From the NCBI RefSeq assembly GCF_009914755.1, contig NC_060938.1: a DNA stretch of 64,000 nucleotides, one strand, 5' to 3'. Positions 30,401 to 46,304 of this stretch are shown here, one piece after another. The position numbers and the translations under genes are program-made. Numbering within the stretch: the stretch's first letter is position 1; each line of letters opens with the position of its first letter. This DNA is from the human T2T-CHM13v2.0 reference genome, Homo sapiens. Under the pieces are notes generated by a model. It was given only the letters and a program-made list of their open reading frames with translations. It had not been told where the DNA came from and made no database searches.

Positions 30401-31211
30401 GCTAGGGAGGTGGATTTTAGCTGCTTAAAGTCTTGCTATAGTGAAGTAATGCTTCATATTAATTTTCTTTCACTAAAATTTATATGCAACTAGCCCTCTT
30501 CTAAAGCAACTGGTTATCAGAAATATGACAGCATGTTTATATGCCCACATCTTTTTTTTTTAACCCACTTGGCTTTAGATTGCTTGAGACTAAACCTTGA
30601 AATAATATAGAATGTTTATAGTTCTGAGCAGAAATGCCATAAAGTAATGCAAATTAATCATTTATTAGTCAATCAGTACCTCATGCCTAACAGTTTGCTA
30701 TATAGCATATGCAGAAAAGACAAATGAGAGTATGATGATATGTAGCTGCCTTAGGGGACTCACATGATCTGAGAAGCCTGCCTCCCATCACTCTGGTAGG
30801 AAGCCACTTCCATGTTAAATTCCAGAGGTGGCTTATAAAAGATTTTCCTACTGAAATGTCAAACTTCCTACACTGGTTCTAAAGCCATCAATCGTATGAA
30901 CCCTACTTATTTTATGTATATATGACTTGTTATAAGAAAGAAGAAGATATATGTGTATGTGTGCAACAAGATCAAAAGTAAAATAAATAAGAAGAGGCAG
31001 AGATAATGGAGGGTAGAAGACTACAGTGAAGCTGGGAATGAGGCATCATATTATTTCCATGTCTTAAGTTTCACAACTATTTGGCAGATTAATTTTTATA
31101 TATATATATATTTATATATATATGTAATGAGATTTGTTATTATTTCCACATTATATATACCCTTAAAAAAAGCAGAAACAAAACCAAAAAACCCTCTTTT
31201 TAGAATTTATC

Positions 31212-31512
31212 ACTGGATGCAGTGGCTCACACCTGTAATCCCAGCAATTTGGGAGGCCAAGGTGGGTGGATCATTTGAGGTCCAGAGTTTGAGACCAGCT
31301 TGGCCACCATGGTGAAACCCTGTCTCTACCAAAAATACAAAAATTACCCAGGTGTGGTGGCGCCCACCTGTAATCCCAGCTACGCAGGAGGCTGAGGCAG
31401 GAGAATCACTTGAACCTGGGAGGAAGAGGTTTCAATGAGCCAAGATCACACCACTGCACTCCAGCCTGGGGCACAGAACAAGACTCTATCTCAAAACAAA
31501 CAAACAAACCAA
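31212..31512 (+). mobile_element. AluS (Sz/Sx-like)
   Basis: Full dimer; TSD tagaatttatc at 31201-31211 and 31513-31523. Confidence 0.93.
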
Positions 31513-32730
31513 TAGAATTTATCCACATCTTTTTCTCAAATTTTGTTTGTAAGCACCTAAAAGTAGACTCTCACTGATTCTACTATCAGCATTTGGTTCA
31601 TCTAGAGCAACCTTTTTTTCCAAATTCCTCTCTATATAATAATATGGTCAGTGAATGTAATATTGGTAATATTTTGATAGTACTCTCAATCACCTGAATG
31701 ACATTCCCTGTTAAGGGGAAAATAAATGAGACACTGTTAGTCAGATAGTTTGTTTCTCCAAACAAAACCCCAAAGCTCCCAATTTGTGACAGGTGGACAT
31801 CAACCCTAGGGAAAACAGACAACTTCAATGCTGCCTACAGTGTGGCATCATGTGCTCTATTTCCCAACAAGCAGAAGCTCAAAATTGTGGCCAGGTTTAA
31901 AGGCACCATAATGACAATTTCCTAGAAAGCCACTAGGTGGAAGGGATTTTTATTATGTCTTCTTTCACAAAGACCTTTGTTCTCTCAACCAAAGCGATCC
32001 CCTCCAGCGTACAAGAGTTTTAAATTAAGTATTTCTTCTGATTTTTTGGTCACTGCATTTTCCAGATACATTTATTTTTTTCTATTACAAAGAGACTTGT
32101 TCTTTGTAAGGAGCATGTCAGCACTTTCTCACCAGTTACCCTGAAAGAGGAAACATACTTGAAATGAGAAGCAGTAATTATTGAGATCTGTCTGCTTCTC
32201 ACATGCTAGGGCTGTGTTCAGGATGCTCTGTTGGTTAAAGAACAGCAGTCAGGTTGCATGTGACCCAGGAAGGTGGAGTCCTCATGGCCATGGAAACAGG
32301 TGATTCTAGAAGCAATGGAAAATTGCTTGAGGGTATTAAGAGTGTGTTTGATAACACTGCCTGATGTGAATAGTATTAAATAGCAATATGAGGACAAAAC
32401 AAAAGGAAATGATGAAAGCATTTACACTTTAACTATAGGAAAGAAGAAAAGAAAGATGTTGTTCCTCCTTCGTATCCCAACCCCTGTCAATATCAAGACC
32501 CATGAGGCAAGCATGCAGGCCTTAGGGTAACAGTCTTGGATTGCAGGATTTGGTTCATTGAGCTAAGGAGGCCTTCAGAGATTCCATGGTTCATTTGGGG
32601 GTGTTTAATCCTAGCCTAGGGAAGTCTTGTCTAACTGGCTCAAAATACAGGCATTTTCCCCAAGTTCTGCTCTACATCCTTACTTTCATATTAATTGTGC
32701 TCAGCCTACACATTTGAAAAAGGTGATGAG

Positions 32731-33735
32731 CAAGTCCGCTCCGAGATGGCCAAATAGGAACAGCTCCAGTTTGCAGCTCCCAGCATGATCAACACAGAAG
32801 ACAGGTGATTTCTGCATTTCCAACTGAGATACCTAGTTCTTCTCATTGGTTCTGGTTGGACAGTGGGTGCAGCCCATGGAGGGTGAGCCAAAGCAGGGAG
32901 GGCCATCGCCTCACCTGGCAAGCACAAGGGGTCAGGGGATTTCCCTTCCCTAGCCAAGGGAAGCTGTGACAGACTGTACCTGGAAAAACGGGACACTTCT
33001 GCCCAAATACTCTGCTTTTCCCACAGTCTTAGCAGCCGGCAGACGGCAGGTCCTACACCCACAGAGCCTTGCTCACTGCTAGCGCAGCAGTTTGAGATCA
33101 ACCTGTGAGGCTACAGCCTGGTGAGGGGAGGGGTGTCCGCCATTGCTGAGGCTTGAGTAGGTAAACAAAGTGGCCAGGAAGCTCAAACTGGGCAGAGCAT
33201 ACCGCAGCTCAGCAAGGCCTACTGCATCTATAGACTCCACCTCTGTGGGCAAGGCATAGCTGAACAAAAGGCAGCAGAAACTTCTGCAGACTTAAACCTC
33301 CCTGTCTGACAACTCTGAAGAGAGCAGTGGTTCTCCCAGCACAGCATTTCAGCTCTGAGAACAGACAGACTGCCTCTTCAAGTGGGTCCCTGACCCCAGT
33401 GTAGCCTAACTGGGAGACACCTCCCAGTAGGGGCCAACAGACACCTCATACAGGCAGGTGCCCCTCTGGGACAAAGCTTTCAGAAGAAGGATCAGGCAGC
33501 AATATTTGCTGTTCTGCAATATTTACTGTTCTGCAGCCTTCACTGGTGATACCCAGGCAAACAGGATCTGGAGTGGACCTCCATGAAACTCCAACAGACC
33601 TGCAGCTGAGGGCCCTGACTGTTAAAAGGAAAACTAACAAACAGAAAGGAATAGCATCAACATCAACAAAAAGGACATCCACACCAAAACCCCATCTGTA
33701 GGTCACCAACATCAAAGTTAGATAAAACCACAAAG
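32731..33735 (+). promoter_or_regulatory. L1 5'UTR/internal promoter A (L1PA6/7-like, CpG-decayed)
   Basis: gagatggccaaataggaacagctcc start with altered YY1 site; about 1 kb before the ORF1 ATG. Confidence 0.85.
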
Positions 33736-34760
33736 ATGGGGAGAAACCAGATCAGAAAAGCTGAAAATTCTAAAAACCAGAGCACCTCTTCTCCTCCAAA
33801 GGATTGCAGCTCCTCACTAGCAATGAAACAAAGCTGGATGGAGAATGACTTTGACGAGTTGACAGGAGTAGGTTTTAGAAGGTTGGTAATTACAGACTTC
33901 TCAGAGCTAAAGGAGGATGTTCAAACCCATCACAAGGAAGCTAAAAACCTTGAAAAAAGATTAGAAAAATGGCTAACTAGAATAAACAGTGAAGAGAAGA
34001 CCTTAAATTACCTGATGGAGCTGAAAACCATGGCACAAGAACTATGTGATGCATGCACAAGCTTCAGTAGCCAATTTGATCAAGTGGAAGAAAGGGTATC
34101 AGTGATTGAAGATCAAATTAACAAAATGAAGCTAGTAGAGAAGTTCAGAGAAAAAAGAGTAAAAAGAAACGAACAAAGCCTCCAAGAAATACAGAACTAT
34201 GTGAAAAGACCAAATCTACATTTGATTGGTGTACCTGAAAGTGATGGGGAGAATCAAACCAAGCTGGAAAACACTCTGCAGGATATTATCCAGGAGAACT
34301 TCCCCAACCTAGCAAGGCAGGCCAACATTCAAATTCAGGAAATACAGAGAACACCACAAAGATGCTCCTCAAGAAGAGCAACTCCAAGACACATAATTGT
34401 CAGGTTCACCAAGGTTGAAATGAAGGAAAAAATGTTAAGGGCAGCCAGAGAGAAAGGTCGGGTTACCCACAAAGGGAAGCCCATAAGACTAACAGCTGAT
34501 CTCTCGGCAGAAACTCTACAAACCAGAAGAGAGTGGGGGCCAATATTCAACATTCTTAAAGAAAGAATTTTCAACCCAGAATTTCATGTCCAGCCAAACT
34601 AAGCTTCAGAAGTGAAGGAGAAATAAAATCCATTACAGACAAGCAAATGCTGAGAGATTTTATCACCACCAGGCCTGCCTTACAAGAGCTCCTGAAGGAA
34701 GCACTAAACATGGAAAGGAACAACTGGTACCAGCCACTGCAAAAACATGCCAAATTGTAA
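33736..34760 (+). pseudogene. L1 ORF1p copy A; open for 288 aa, frameshifted near 34563
   Basis: MGRNQIRKAENSKNQ...RHIIVRFTKVEMKEKMLRAAREKG; 1-nt loss in aaagaa(a)agaatttt; normal stop position 34758-34760. Confidence 0.9.
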
Positions 34761-34823
34761 AGACTATTGAGGCTAGGAAGAAACCGCATCAACTAACAAG
34801 CAAAATAACCAGCTAACATCATA

Positions 34824-35046
34824 ATGACAGGATCAAATTCACATATAACAATATTAACCTTAAATGTAAATGAGCTAAATGCTCCAATTAGAAGACACAG
34901 ACTGGCAAATTGGATAAAGAGTCAAGACCCATCAGTGTGCTGTATTCAGGAAACCCATCTCACATGCAAATACACACATAAGCTCAAAATAAAGGGATGG
35001 ACGAAGATCTACCAAGCAAATGGAAAGCAAAAAACAGCAGGCATTG
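34824..35046 (+). pseudogene. L1 ORF2 endonuclease N-terminus, broken by the second L1 5' end
   Basis: MTGSNSHITILTLNVN...QANGKQK, then L1 5'UTR sequence. Confidence 0.9.
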
Positions 35047-36057
35047 GGTGGAGCCAAGATGGCCGAATAGGAACAGCTCCAGTCTACAGCTCCCAGCATG
35101 AGTGACGCAGAAGATGAATGATTTCTGCATTTCCAACTGAGGTACCAGGTGCATCTCACTGGGGATTGTCGGACAGTGGGTGCAGCGCACTGAGCATGAG
35201 CTGAAGCAGGGCGAGGCATCTCCTCACCTGGGAAGTGCAAGGGGTCGGGGAATTCCCTTTCCTAGCCAAGGAAAGGGGTGACGGACAGCACCTGGAAAAT
35301 CGGGTCACTCCCACCCTAATACTGCACTTTTCCGACGGTCTTAGCAAACGGCACACCAGGAGATTATATCCCGTGCCTGGCTCAGAGGGTCCTACGCCCA
35401 CGGAGCCTCGCTTATTGCTAGCACAGCAGTCTGAGATCGAACTGCAAGGCAGCAGCGAGGCTGGGGGAGGGGCGCCAGCCATTGCCGAGGCTTGGGTAGG
35501 TAAACAAAGCGGCCAGGAAGCTCGAACTCGGTGGAGCCCACCTCAGCTCAAGGAAGCCTGCCCGTCTCTGTAGACTTCACCTCTGGGGGCAGGGCACAGC
35601 CAAACAAAAGGCAGCAGAATCCTCTGCAGACTTAAATGTCCCTATCTGACAGCTTTGAAGAGAGTAGTGGTTCTCCCAGCATGCAGCTGGAGATCTGAGA
35701 ATGGACAGACTGCCTCCTCAAGTGGGTCCCTGACCCCCGAGTAGCCTAACTGGGAGGTACCACCAAGTAGGGGCAGACTGACACCTCACACGGCCGGGTA
35801 CTCCTCTAAGACAAAAGTTCCAGAGGAACAATCAGGCAGCAACCTTTTCTGTTCACCAATATCCACTGTTCTGCAGCCTCTGCTGCTGATACCCAGGCAA
35901 ATAGGGTCTGGAGTGGACCTCCAACAAACTCCAACAGACCTGCGGCTGAGGGTCCTGACTGTTAGAAGGAAAACTAACAAACAGAAAGGACATCTGCACC
36001 AGAACTCCATCTGTACATCACCATCATCAAAGACCAAAGGTAGATAAAACCAAAAAG
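35047..36057 (+). promoter_or_regulatory. L1 5'UTR/internal promoter B (L1PA4/5-like) with intact YY1 site
   Basis: ggagccaagatggccgaataggaacagctcc; retains more CpGs than copy A. Confidence 0.88.
35156..35482 (-). CDS. L1 ORF0 homolog (antisense 5'UTR ORF), open for 108 aa
   Basis: MAGAPPPASLLPCSSISDCCASNKRGSVGVGPSEPG... matches the primate L1 ORF0 N-terminus; context GCAATGG; expression unknown. Confidence 0.6.
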   Translation of the reverse strand: MAGAPPPASLLPCSSISDCCASNKRGSVGVGPSEPGTGYNLLVCRLLRPSEKCSIRVGVTRFSRCCPSPLSLARKGNSPTPCTSQVRRCLALLQLMLSALHPLSDNPQ

Positions 36058-37072
36058 ATGGGGAAAAAACAATTAGAAAAACTGAAAAATATAAAAATCA
36101 GAGCACCTCTCCTCCTCCAAAGGAATGCAGCTCCTCACCAGCAATGGAACAAAGCTCGACGGAGAATGACTTTGACGAGTTGAGAGAAGAAGGCTTCAGA
36201 CGATCAAACTACTCCGAGCTAAAGGAGGAAGTGCGAACCCATGGCAAAGAAGATAAAAACCTTGAAAAAAGATTAGATGAATGGCGAACTACAACAACCA
36301 ATGCAGAGAAGTCCTTAAAGGACCTGATGGAGCTGAAAACCATGGCACAAGAACTATGTGACGAATGCACAAGCCTTAGTAGCTGATTCGATCAACTGGA
36401 AGAAAGGGTATCAGTGATGGAAGATCAGATGAATGAAATGAAGCAAGAAGAGAAGTTTAGAGAAAAAAGAATAAAAAGAAATGAACAAAGCCTCCAAGAA
36501 ATATGGGACTATGTGAAAAGACCAAATCTACGTCTGACTGGTGTACCTGAAAGTAATGGGGAGAATGGAACCATGTTGCAAAACACTCTGCAGGATATTA
36601 TCCAGCAGAACTTCCCCAATCTAGCAAGGCAGGCCAACATTCAAATTCAGGAAATACAGAGAACGCCACAAAGATACTCCTCGAGAAGAGCAACTTCAAG
36701 ACACATAATTGTCAGATTCACCAAAGTTGAAATGAAGGAAAAAATGTTAAGGGCAGCCAGAGAGAAAGGTCGGGTTACCCACAAAGGGAAGCCCATAAGA
36801 CTAACAGCTGATCTCTCGGCAGAAACTCTACAAACCAGAAGAGAGTGGGGGCCAATATTCAACATTCTTAAAGAAAGAATTTTCAACCCAGAATTTCATA
36901 TCCAGCCAAACTAAGCTTCAGAAGTGAAGGAGAAATAAAATCCATTACAGACAAGCAAATGCTGAGAGATTTTATCACCACCAGGCCTGCCTTACAAGAG
37001 CTCCTGAAGGAAGCACTAAACATGGAAAGGAACAACTGGTACCAGCCACTGCAAAAACATGCCAAATTGTAA
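36058..37072 (+). pseudogene. L1 ORF1p copy B, disrupted
   Basis: Early frameshift, TGA at 36384-36386, and the same late frameshift as copy A; fragments ENDFDELREEGFRRSNYSELKEEVRTHGKE. Confidence 0.9.
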
Positions 37073-37135
37073 AGACTATTGAGGCTAGGAAGAAACCGCA
37101 TCAACTAACAAGCAAAATAACCAGCTAACATCATA

Positions 37136-40960
<3,825 letters not shown>

Positions 40961-43195
40961 CAGAACACTTGGACACAGGGTGGGGAACATTACACCCCAG
41001 GGCCTGTTGTGGGGTGGGGACTGGAGGAGGGACAACATTAGGAGAAATACCTAATGATGGGTGCAGCAAACCAACATGGCACATGTATACCTATGTAACA
41101 AACCTGCAAGTTGTGCACATGTACCCTAGAACTTAAAGTATAATTTAAAAAAAAGAAAAAGGGGATGAGTGGAAAAAGGATGCCAAGGTTGAGAATTGTT
41201 CAGATTAAAGATATTTTGCTACCTGAAAGCTACTGATGCTTTTCTTAAAAATCCACAGCCTCTCAGTTTACCTGACTGACTGAATGAGACATGACTGAGG
41301 ATTAAAAATTCACTGGTGTGAACAGGGTACCCAAGCCAACCAAGACAAGTTTTGGGTTGGGACTTATCAGGACGTCTGATATGTGAAAAGCTATTGTAAA
41401 ACCCTTGTTGAATCAGAGAAGCTTGAATCCTTTAGCTTCAGATTCAGAAATATGACAAGTCAAATGAGCTTGGACACAAAGTCTGAGGCCCACTTTATTG
41501 TATGCCCCTGGGTATAACAAAAAGCAATCCCCTTTTCTTTCTCCCTCCAGGTATGGGAAGTATATTTCACAAGTTACAGGAGGCTGTAAGGAAGCAGGGG
41601 AAGGGAGGGAGTGGATGGGAGTCTCCACTTGGAGGTGAGGTCCATGTAGGGGAACAGCTAGAGCTGTGCTACTGAAGGCTTTCTTACTGTCAGATCCACT
41701 GGCTGGTATGCCCTGTCTGACTCTCTCTGCCTCACCTCAGAGCAGGACTCACCTCACCTCAGGGTACAGGACTCCTACATTCTCACAGCCAGGAGCATCC
41801 AAAAGCTGATGGGGCCTCATCCCAGTTCTGGCTGCAGGACACTTCCCTCACAAGAGCATCGGCTATTTCAGTTTATTTTCATCTAACTATAAAGGGATAT
41901 AGAAACAGCATAATAAAAAATGCTTGCGCTGTAGAATTTACAATCTAGCTAGTGATGTGGAATAGAGCACAGATGACAATCTATGGTCATGTAAAGTTAA
42001 TGAGAACAGTACAGGCAGTCTAGTCCATACCTGCAAAGTACAATGAAGTCAATCAAGGAAGGTTTCTTGAAGGCATGAATTTTGGGTGCTGCTTTAGAGG
42101 GTGATTCTTATGGGAGCAGGGGATTCCTTGGGGGTCAAAATGGACATTGCCAAGGTCAAATGAGGGGAGTGAGGAGGCTCATCCTGCCATGGCACAGAGC
42201 AGCTGTTTCTGGGATGGTGGCAAAATGGGCTCTGGAAATACACTTCTAGCTTGGCTGGCCAAGTTCAAGACAGAAGTGGGAAAGACATCAAGTTCTAGGC
42301 AAGGTGGCTATCACCCAGTATGAACCCTGCATAATGCTGGCCTGGTTAGGGTAGGGGAGAAGTCTACATTGAGAAACAATAAAAGTATCAGTCACTGTGG
42401 AGGTTAGAAGGTTGGCCTGGCTAAATGAGTTTAGATTTCAAATGATTGACACTAGGAAGCCTATGGAAGTTCTTGAGAGAGAAGTGACATCATGCAAAGG
42501 GGTCTAAAGAAGCCAATTCTAATAACTGTGTCCAATGGGTTGAAGAGGAAAGAGACTATATGTGTATGAGGGTAGAAAGGGCACTAGCTCAGGGGGTGTC
42601 TTTGTAGCCCAGGAGCACAGTTGTCCATCTTACACTAAAGCAACTGTTTGCTGATTTGGGACCAAACCAAGGATTAAGCTTTCTGGTGTATTATAGTAGG
42701 CATCAACTTTTCAAGTTAAAAAAAATTGATGCAATCTATTGGTCTCTTGCCTCAAGAAATAAGGTAGAAAAAAAAAACAACATTGAGATTGTGGCTGCTC
42801 AGGGTCATCCATTATGCCAAATAAAATGTTTTTATAGGGCCTGAAGTTTGCTAAACATGACTGCTAGTACTCTGTATCCCTGCTGAAATAGGATGTTTAT
42901 CCAGAGGGGATAAATGACCTCACAAAAAGGTCAATTGCATTAATTAAGAGGGTTCTACTTTTGCTAGAGTTGGCCGTATTTTGGTAAAAAATAACACTAT
43001 TTTAAAAATAAGCCCCAAGCAGTAAATTTACAGATCCAAGAAAGCAGCGACTATCTTCCATATATGCAATCAACCCATGTGTAGTCTTGTCACCACACTG
43101 TAGCATGCAGCTGATTGACACTCAGCAGGGCAAAAAAGCACAAGTGGAGCCAAAGATGTAATGATGAGGGCCTCCAGTGCCTGTTTTTGCTTAGA

Positions 43196-43358
43196 CTAGT
43201 GATTCTCAGCCCTGGTAGGGCATCCTTATCTCCTGGGGAGCTTTTCAAAGATAAATGATGCTGGGCCCTTGCCAAAATCTGAATCTCCAAGGATGGAGCC
43301 TAAATATATCTATGTGTATGTCATCTGCATACTGCTGGAGTTGTGAGCCACTGACTTA
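43196..43358. mobile_element. MER5-like hAT MITE
   Basis: tagtgattctca...ctggggagctttt...gttgtgagccactg termini. Confidence 0.55.
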
Positions 43359-43406
43359 GATGGTGAAGCTGAAATGGTCTCCCACAAAATTGCATACACT
43401 TGAGTG

Positions 43407-43435
<29 letters not shown>
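43407..43435. repeat. (CA)14 microsatellite
   Basis: Perfect run. Confidence 0.97.
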
Positions 43436-43437
<2 letters not shown>

Positions 43438-44899
43438 GGGATAGCCAATCAAGCTTGCCCATTTTTTCTTATAAACAGAAGTGTTTGTTCACAGATATTC
43501 TGGGAATATTGGGTTCTCAGAATCTTTACATTCTTCAACCATTTTAAGATCAGTCTCTAGGATTTTCTTAAACCTGAGTACTATTGCAACATAGGATTCC
43601 CAAACACCATGACCTTCTTACAGAGTTTTCCTGAGAGTAGATGAACCCTCCCTCACTGTCCTGTGGGATAACTGGAAGGACAACCCTTCATTTGCATTCT
43701 ATCCTCCGCCCTGCAATATTCTCTGGAATCCACATTCCTTCCTGATCCCTCTTCCAAGAAATAAGAATCGGGGAAGGAAATAGTCTCTGAGGGAAGAATC
43801 TTTGTCCCAGGAACCAAGTTACAGAGGAGCCGCTGAATTCCCTGAGGTAATCTCCATTGAATCAAAACACAAAGAGGGAGGTTAATTCAATTAGCAAGTG
43901 ATGCCTTCTCCTAGAATAAACTTCTTGGACTAATTTGGGGAGGGAGCCCCGAAGACTGGTGCCCACACTGCAAACAGAGAAAATATTGGAAATGCTTAGA
44001 GTCTGCCATCTACCCAGCCGTGGCTGTTCACCTTAATATTATTTCTTGAAAAATGGCCAATGTGTTAGACTCTCTAGGACACAGAGCTGTGGTCACAAGA
44101 TAAAGTACACAGATAAGACATGGAGATATGGAAGGGATAAAAATACTCTTCAGGGAAATGGGGGTCTGCAGTACAAAGGTTGAGAGCTTTAAGGGAACAT
44201 TTCACATTCTGGCTTTTAAGTACACTGAAAACACACTTCCTGAGAGAAATGCATCTTGAGAGTACACTCAGCGAGGAGGAAGAAATTCTTATAAGACAAT
44301 TTTTGGGAGAAAAGGAAGGTTTTTTATTCAAGTCAACATGGTGTTTTGCATGTAATAGAACCAGAGAAATATTTGTTAAATTGAAAGTTATTTCAGTATA
44401 GATTGTGGTCATGTTTTCATCCTATAATTTGAAAAAGATCCTCAGAATATTAGAGATGAAAGGGATCTTGATATTGTCAAACATCTTATCCAGAGCCCCA
44501 GTACTTACTCGATTCAGGTGGGATAAGCATCTCACTGAGGGTCTGGGATCTTCCTGCTGGGTCTTCCTTCTGCAGTGGCCCCTGAGCAACCTTGAAGAAG
44601 CCCAAAGTCTTGGGTGATCATGGTTTGGAAGCCTTCAGTCTAGCACCTCAGTTTTTACAGATGACTAAACTAAATTCAAAATGTGTGAGAGTCAGAGCCA
44701 ACTGCTCTTTTCACCATATCAAAATGAGGTTCTGCTAGAGGGACCCCTGTCCCTTTCTTTTCCACAGCTGTGGATATTTTGCCCTGGACTTGTGAAGCAC
44801 AAATGCAGTGAAAAGAGTACGGGCTTGGGGATCAGTCAAACCTGGGTTTGAATGTTGGCTCTGCACTTATTTGCCCTGTATTCTGGGACAAATTATTTA

Positions 44900-45086
44900 T
44901 TTATATTTTAGAGTATATATTTTTCTCTTTTTTAAAGCTTTTTTGAGGTACAGTTGATATACCAAAACTGCATGCATTTAATGCATACATCTTAATGAGT
45001 TTGGACAAATGCATACACCTGTGATACCATCACCACAACCAAAGTATTAAACATGTCCATCACTTTGAAAAATTTCCTTGTGTAAC

Positions 45087-45126
<40 letters not shown>

Positions 45127-45280
45127 TTTTGTTTGCTTGTTTGGTAAGAACACTTAACATGAGATTTATCCTCTTAACATATTTTAAAGTGCACAATATT
45201 GTGTTGTTAACTATAGGTACTATATTATGTAACAGATCTCTAGAACTTATTCATCTTGCATAACAGAATCTTTATAATTT
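44900..45280 (-). mobile_element. Old L1 (L1MA10/L1MB-like) 3' end inserted into a MIR; contains (TG)18 at 45090-45125
   Basis: L1M 3'UTR sequence; TSD ggacaaattattta at 44886-44899 and 45281-45294; MIR sequence resumes after it. Confidence 0.8.
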
Positions 45281-45469
45281 GGACAAATTATTTAATCTCA
45301 CTGAGCCTTCACTTCGTTTATCAAGTGGGGATAAAATTCACATTTTAGGTCTTAGCAATGTATAAAAAGTGCCTGGTGTGTGATTTGGGCTCAGTATGCG
45401 TTAACACCCTCTTTCAGGCAGGCAACTGAGGATTTGAATATAGAGACAAGAGAGGTGGGGGTGCTGTCA

Positions 45470-45720
45470 TAATAGTAGCAATAATAATGATACGTAATAC
45501 TTAATACTATGCACCAGGTTCTACTCTTGGCATTTCACATAGTTTAGCTCATTTAATCTTCAGAACAACCCCACGCAGTAGGTACTATTCTTTAATCCCC
45601 ATTTTACAAGGAATAACGCTGGGGCACAGATTGGTGAAACTGCTTGCTCAAGGTCACAAAGCTAACGAGTAGGGAAGTTGGAATCCTGATGTGGCTCTGA
45701 ATCATACTCTCAATTAGCAT
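45470..45720 (-). mobile_element. MIR
   Basis: ctcatttaatcttcagaacaacccc...ccccattttac...gctcaaggtcacaaagcta. Confidence 0.75.
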
Positions 45721-45938
45721 ATACCATTTCTGCAAAGGTGCAGATAGAAGGCAAGAGAGGGCCAAAGTAGGGGGGAAATGGAGATGATGCATGGTTGGTT
45801 TGGGTGAAAGGAACGTGTAGACTTGGCATTAAAAGGCATCTTTCCATGGACAGAAGTATCTACAGAGCAGGGAGTTCACAATTCTAAAGCAGAGAAAACG
45901 GCGACCTCTCTTTCTCTGTCTCTCTCCAAATATGTATT

Positions 45939-46304
45939 CAGTCATATGCTTCATAGCAATGGAATGCATATACAATGGTGGTCTCATAATGGAGCTGAAA
46001 AATTCCTATCACCTAATGATATCATAGCTGTTGTAACATTGTAGTGCAATGCATTCCTTTTTTCCGTGTTTAGATACACAAATACTTAACCATTGTGTTA
46101 TAATTGCCCAGAGTATTCAGTGTAGTAACGTGCTCTACAGTTTTATAGCTGAGCAGCAATAGGCTACACCATAGAGCCTCGGTGTGTAGTAAGCTACACC
46201 ATCTAAGTTTGTGTAAGTGCACTCTACAATGTTCACATGATGAAGAAATCGCATAACAATGCATTTTTTAGAACATATTCCTGTTATTAAGCAGTACCTG
46301 ATGG
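45939..46304 (+). mobile_element. Tigger3-family non-autonomous element
   Basis: cagtcat start; ggagctgaaaaattcctatc; tttagatacacaaatactt...gcaataggctacaccata. Confidence 0.8.
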
